The position numbers and the translations under genes were made by a program. This document shows positions 60,266-64,000 of a DNA stretch of 64,000 nucleotides, in pieces (position 1 is the first letter of the stretch; every line of letters starts with the position of its first letter). This DNA comes from the human T2T-CHM13v2.0 reference genome, Homo sapiens: assembly GCF_009914755.1 (NCBI RefSeq), contig NC_060931.1, one strand, 5' to 3'. Below the pieces are notes generated by a model. It was given only the letters and a program-made list of their open reading frames with translations. It searched no databases and was not told the DNA's origin.

Positions 60266-63200
60266 AAAGAATTCTAATAATATTGTCTGATTTCACATAT
60301 AGATTATGTTAGTGACTGTTTCATAGCACTTATGTTTACAAATGGCTTCCAGAAATTGTTCAGGTAGTATTCGTACTTAAATAGTAAATCAAATTAATCT
60401 ACCATTCTATTGGTCTTAAAATCATTTTTCTTTGCATCCCAAATTACCATTGTAAAGTTTTCAGGGAAGATAGAATCCACATATTTTCAGCCTTTGTTTT
60501 GGCAGAAAAAAATAGGAGTTAAAAATTTGCAATTTGTTCAAAGTGCAAATATGCTGTGGCATTTTGGCATTATTCCAAGGGCACAGATTTAACTTGGAAT
60601 TTTGGTGGCTGTTACTGGGAATGTACTGTTTATCAAATTCAGTGTTAACTGCACAGTTGAAGATTTTCTAGCAAAACTTTCTCTTTTTAACACTGAAAAA
60701 AATTCACCAAATTCTAAGGATTGATAAGTAAAATCCATAAGGAGCTGCAGTCTTTAATGAACAAATCTTCTATTAAAAAGTAATCAGTCAGGTCATTCCA
60801 CAGAGAGCTTGCATAATCGGGATTTGGATGATCTTGGGCTCTCTACTAAAAGCTCACGGCCTCACATCTTAATGGAAATAAGAGAAGATGAAGTTTATAG
60901 CCCTTCACTTATGTAATGAGTGAAATAACCAGCAAGCAAACACCTGTCAGATGGTAGTAGGTGCTCCTGAGAGGTATGACAGGTAATAATTTAATCAGAT
61001 GCATTGGTAATTCTATGACCTGAAAGGGATATTGTGTTTCCAAAGCCCAGAATTTTCTTTCTTCTAGATAATGCTGTGTCCTTGTGTACAAAATGACTTA
61101 AAATGAAACATTAGAATGTAGAATATATTTTAGCCTAAAATGTTCTTTAGTTCTTCATTGCTTTCAGGAATTTCTCCCTCCTTTGTGCTTCTAAATTGTT
61201 AATCCATGCAGATCATACTAAGCATTATTTCCTTTCATATATTAGAACAAATATCTGATTAAGAGGTTATTGACATTAGGAATCACAATTCTCCTAGCCA
61301 ACCACACAGCGGGATTCAAAGCTTGTTCATTTAATGAATTGTTGTTTAGTGAAAGTACATGATTGTGTTCTCATAAGACACTTTGTTCCCTTTATTATTC
61401 AACAGAAGACAAAAAAAAAAAAAAACTACAAAATTTCAAGGACAATTTTTTGCCCTTTTAGCTTATTATGCTCCCTGGAACATACATAGAAAGAGGTGCA
61501 TTTGTTTCTCACAGGTGGATGAGAATTCATTTTATCTTCTTGAGCCAAGGCCCTGAAGAATCTGATTTTCACCTTTTATTTGACTGGGTGACTGATTCTC
61601 TTTTCTTTACAAGTTGGTGCTGCCTATACCTTCATTCAGCATTTTTTTTCCCCTTTTACCTGTATTTTTGGGATTTTACTCCCCCTGCTGGCCTCTGGCA
61701 TGCATTAGAGTTGACTCTTTTCCAACGACTCCTGTTTCTGTCTGTTTCTCTTCAAGGAGCCGCATGTATAGTACATTTATGTTCCAAACACAGCAGAAAC
61801 GACATGAGTTTAAAGGTAGGTATTTTAAGTTTTCAGGAACTCATTTTTCTCAATTTTTTCTAGAGAGACTAAAGTAGACCAATGCTAATTTAGAAAATAT
61901 AGAAACAACATTCTGAATTTTTGAATGCTAAATGTAATTGGTTTAATTACAGATCATTTTGCTAAAGAAAAGTTATGTTATGGCCCATAATGAAGAAAGT
62001 TTCTTTCTCCTTCCTAGGATAGCAGTAATTGTGCTGCAAAAAACCCAAAATGTTTCTATTTTAAAAATGTCTTATGAATTATAAAACCTTTGAAATTGAT
62101 GGCTTGATGTTGCAGATAAATTGAACTAGATTTCAAAGTACAGTTAACTTGACAGTGCTTTGAAACAAGGGTCACTCATTGTCATTACATCTTTATGACT
62201 ATTTTTATGAGAGAATTTGGATAATTTAACTCTCAAAAATTGTCACATGCTGTTTTAGCTTTTGTAGTTTTGCTTTTGTTAGATGTCACAACCGCTATTA
62301 ACACAACTTGCATTTTTTCCTTTCATTTATGTTGAACTAAAAGATATATGTGAATATTTTCTGGGAATTATTTACCTTAGATTGAAGAGGAGAGTTGCAG
62401 TTTTTACATTGTTCTTTTGCTGTCATTAAAAGAAAAAAAATCATCTGACCAGGAAATAGTATTTTTAGTAAATATACTCTCAGAATCTTCTCCTTCCCAT
62501 CTGAAAATAAGATGTTTTTGCTTTTTGATAAGGTAATGGTCAATGGGATCGAAAGACACTTTTTTCTTCCACAATTACAATAGACACTGGTATGGTTTAT
62601 TGATGATTCTCATCAGTTATATTTCACCAAAATCTCATAGCAACAGGAGAAAATTTCCCATTGTTTGGTTGGGAGCCAGAAGCTGAGAGTGCAGGTCATT
62701 TTTCTTCATCTGAGGAAAGTGGAATAGCCAATCCACCACTTTGTTTTCTAGGTCTAAAATGATCTGTTCAGTCTTTCCTAATTCATGGGTGTGGCATTCA
62801 TAGGAGAGGCTGGTGGCACAAAGGAAATAAGACATCTATGCATCAATTTCTTTATATTGTACCATGGGATGGGGGTTTTAAAAGTTGTTCATATTTGTTT
62901 TCTGCACCATACTGAATGAATATTTCACAGTAACTCTTTTTAGAACACAATACTTGGTGAAAAATAAAATTCACCGTATTAATGTAACATTTTCCAATCC
63001 TAGTTACCAGCACTGCAAAGTACACACCACTCAACAATTGCTAGAATATGTAGCTATGTGTATTTTTAAAGCATATTATAAATTTTCCCACTCTTAGCAG
63101 AAAGTGAAGGAAAATGAGCACTTCATTAGCAACACTCTTAGTTGTGCAGCCAAGAAATAAAACATGAAGTAAGGTTTCTAGATACTATGGGAACCCCATT

Positions 63201-63351
63201 ATGACTCCCTGGGGAGGCTTAGGGGAGGATGTTTTTCATAATGAGTCCATGCAGAAAGTTTTAATACTAGAACATCCTTACTTAGACATTTGCTTAGATT
63301 TCTACCACTAATGGGAAAACAAAACTAACAAAAACAACAACTCCCATGTAA

Positions 63352-63726
<375 letters not shown>

Positions 63727-64000
63727 TAATCTGTATCTCAGTGCCCTCTGTTTTTACAAAGTAGATGATAAGTATTGAGTTTTGAAATAGATAAAGGGTT
63801 GACAGTCATAGATTCTTGCTTTTAATTTTAAGAGAGAAGTAGGTAGCAAATTTTGGAGTTGAAAGACGGATCATGCAGTAACTAGCAACTGTTTCTCAAA
63901 ATTCCCTCATCATTAGGATCTCTTGAATTGCTGGTTTAAAATATCAGTTTCTAGGCTGCTCCACAAAATATTTTGGGTCCTGCAGTTGGACATGAAAAGC

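Noticed and set aside
60804-60916. Short open frame SLHNRDLDDLGLSTKSSRPHILMEIREDEVYSPSLM after cattccacag
   Set aside because: Weak pyrimidine tract, weak donor and no recognisable homology.

Overview
AT-rich, CpG-depleted primate genomic DNA. An L1PA2-like LINE and AluY copies point to human or another great ape. I can support no intact protein-coding gene, RNA gene or CRISPR/prokaryotic system: every interpretable ORF in the track comes from Alu, L1, MER30 or a microsatellite, and the rest look like chance ORFs. A large part of the window is interspersed repeat (Alu J/S/Y, FLAM, young and old L1, L2, MIR, ERVL/MaLR LTRs, hAT and Tc/mariner MITEs). Most L1s and LTRs are antisense, most microsatellites are TG on +, and the best splice-site pairs are on +. 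This suggests a large intron of a + strand gene that I cannot name. I did not find a new biological system. The most interesting signals are small-scale: (1) a 38-nt poly(A)-tailed, TSD-flanked retrocopy of a non-repeat RNA 3' end at 45.35 kb; (2) two 5'-inverted (twin-primed) L1s and an ultra-short L1; (3) several templated-insertion or snap-back scars at 13.2, 32.5, 33.6 and 47.0/47.8 kb; (4) a candidate alternative promoter/first exon at 6.3 kb that would splice in frame to a candidate exon at 53.4 kb. Repeat family names come from my recall of consensus sequences, not from a search, and boundaries of old repeats are approximate.
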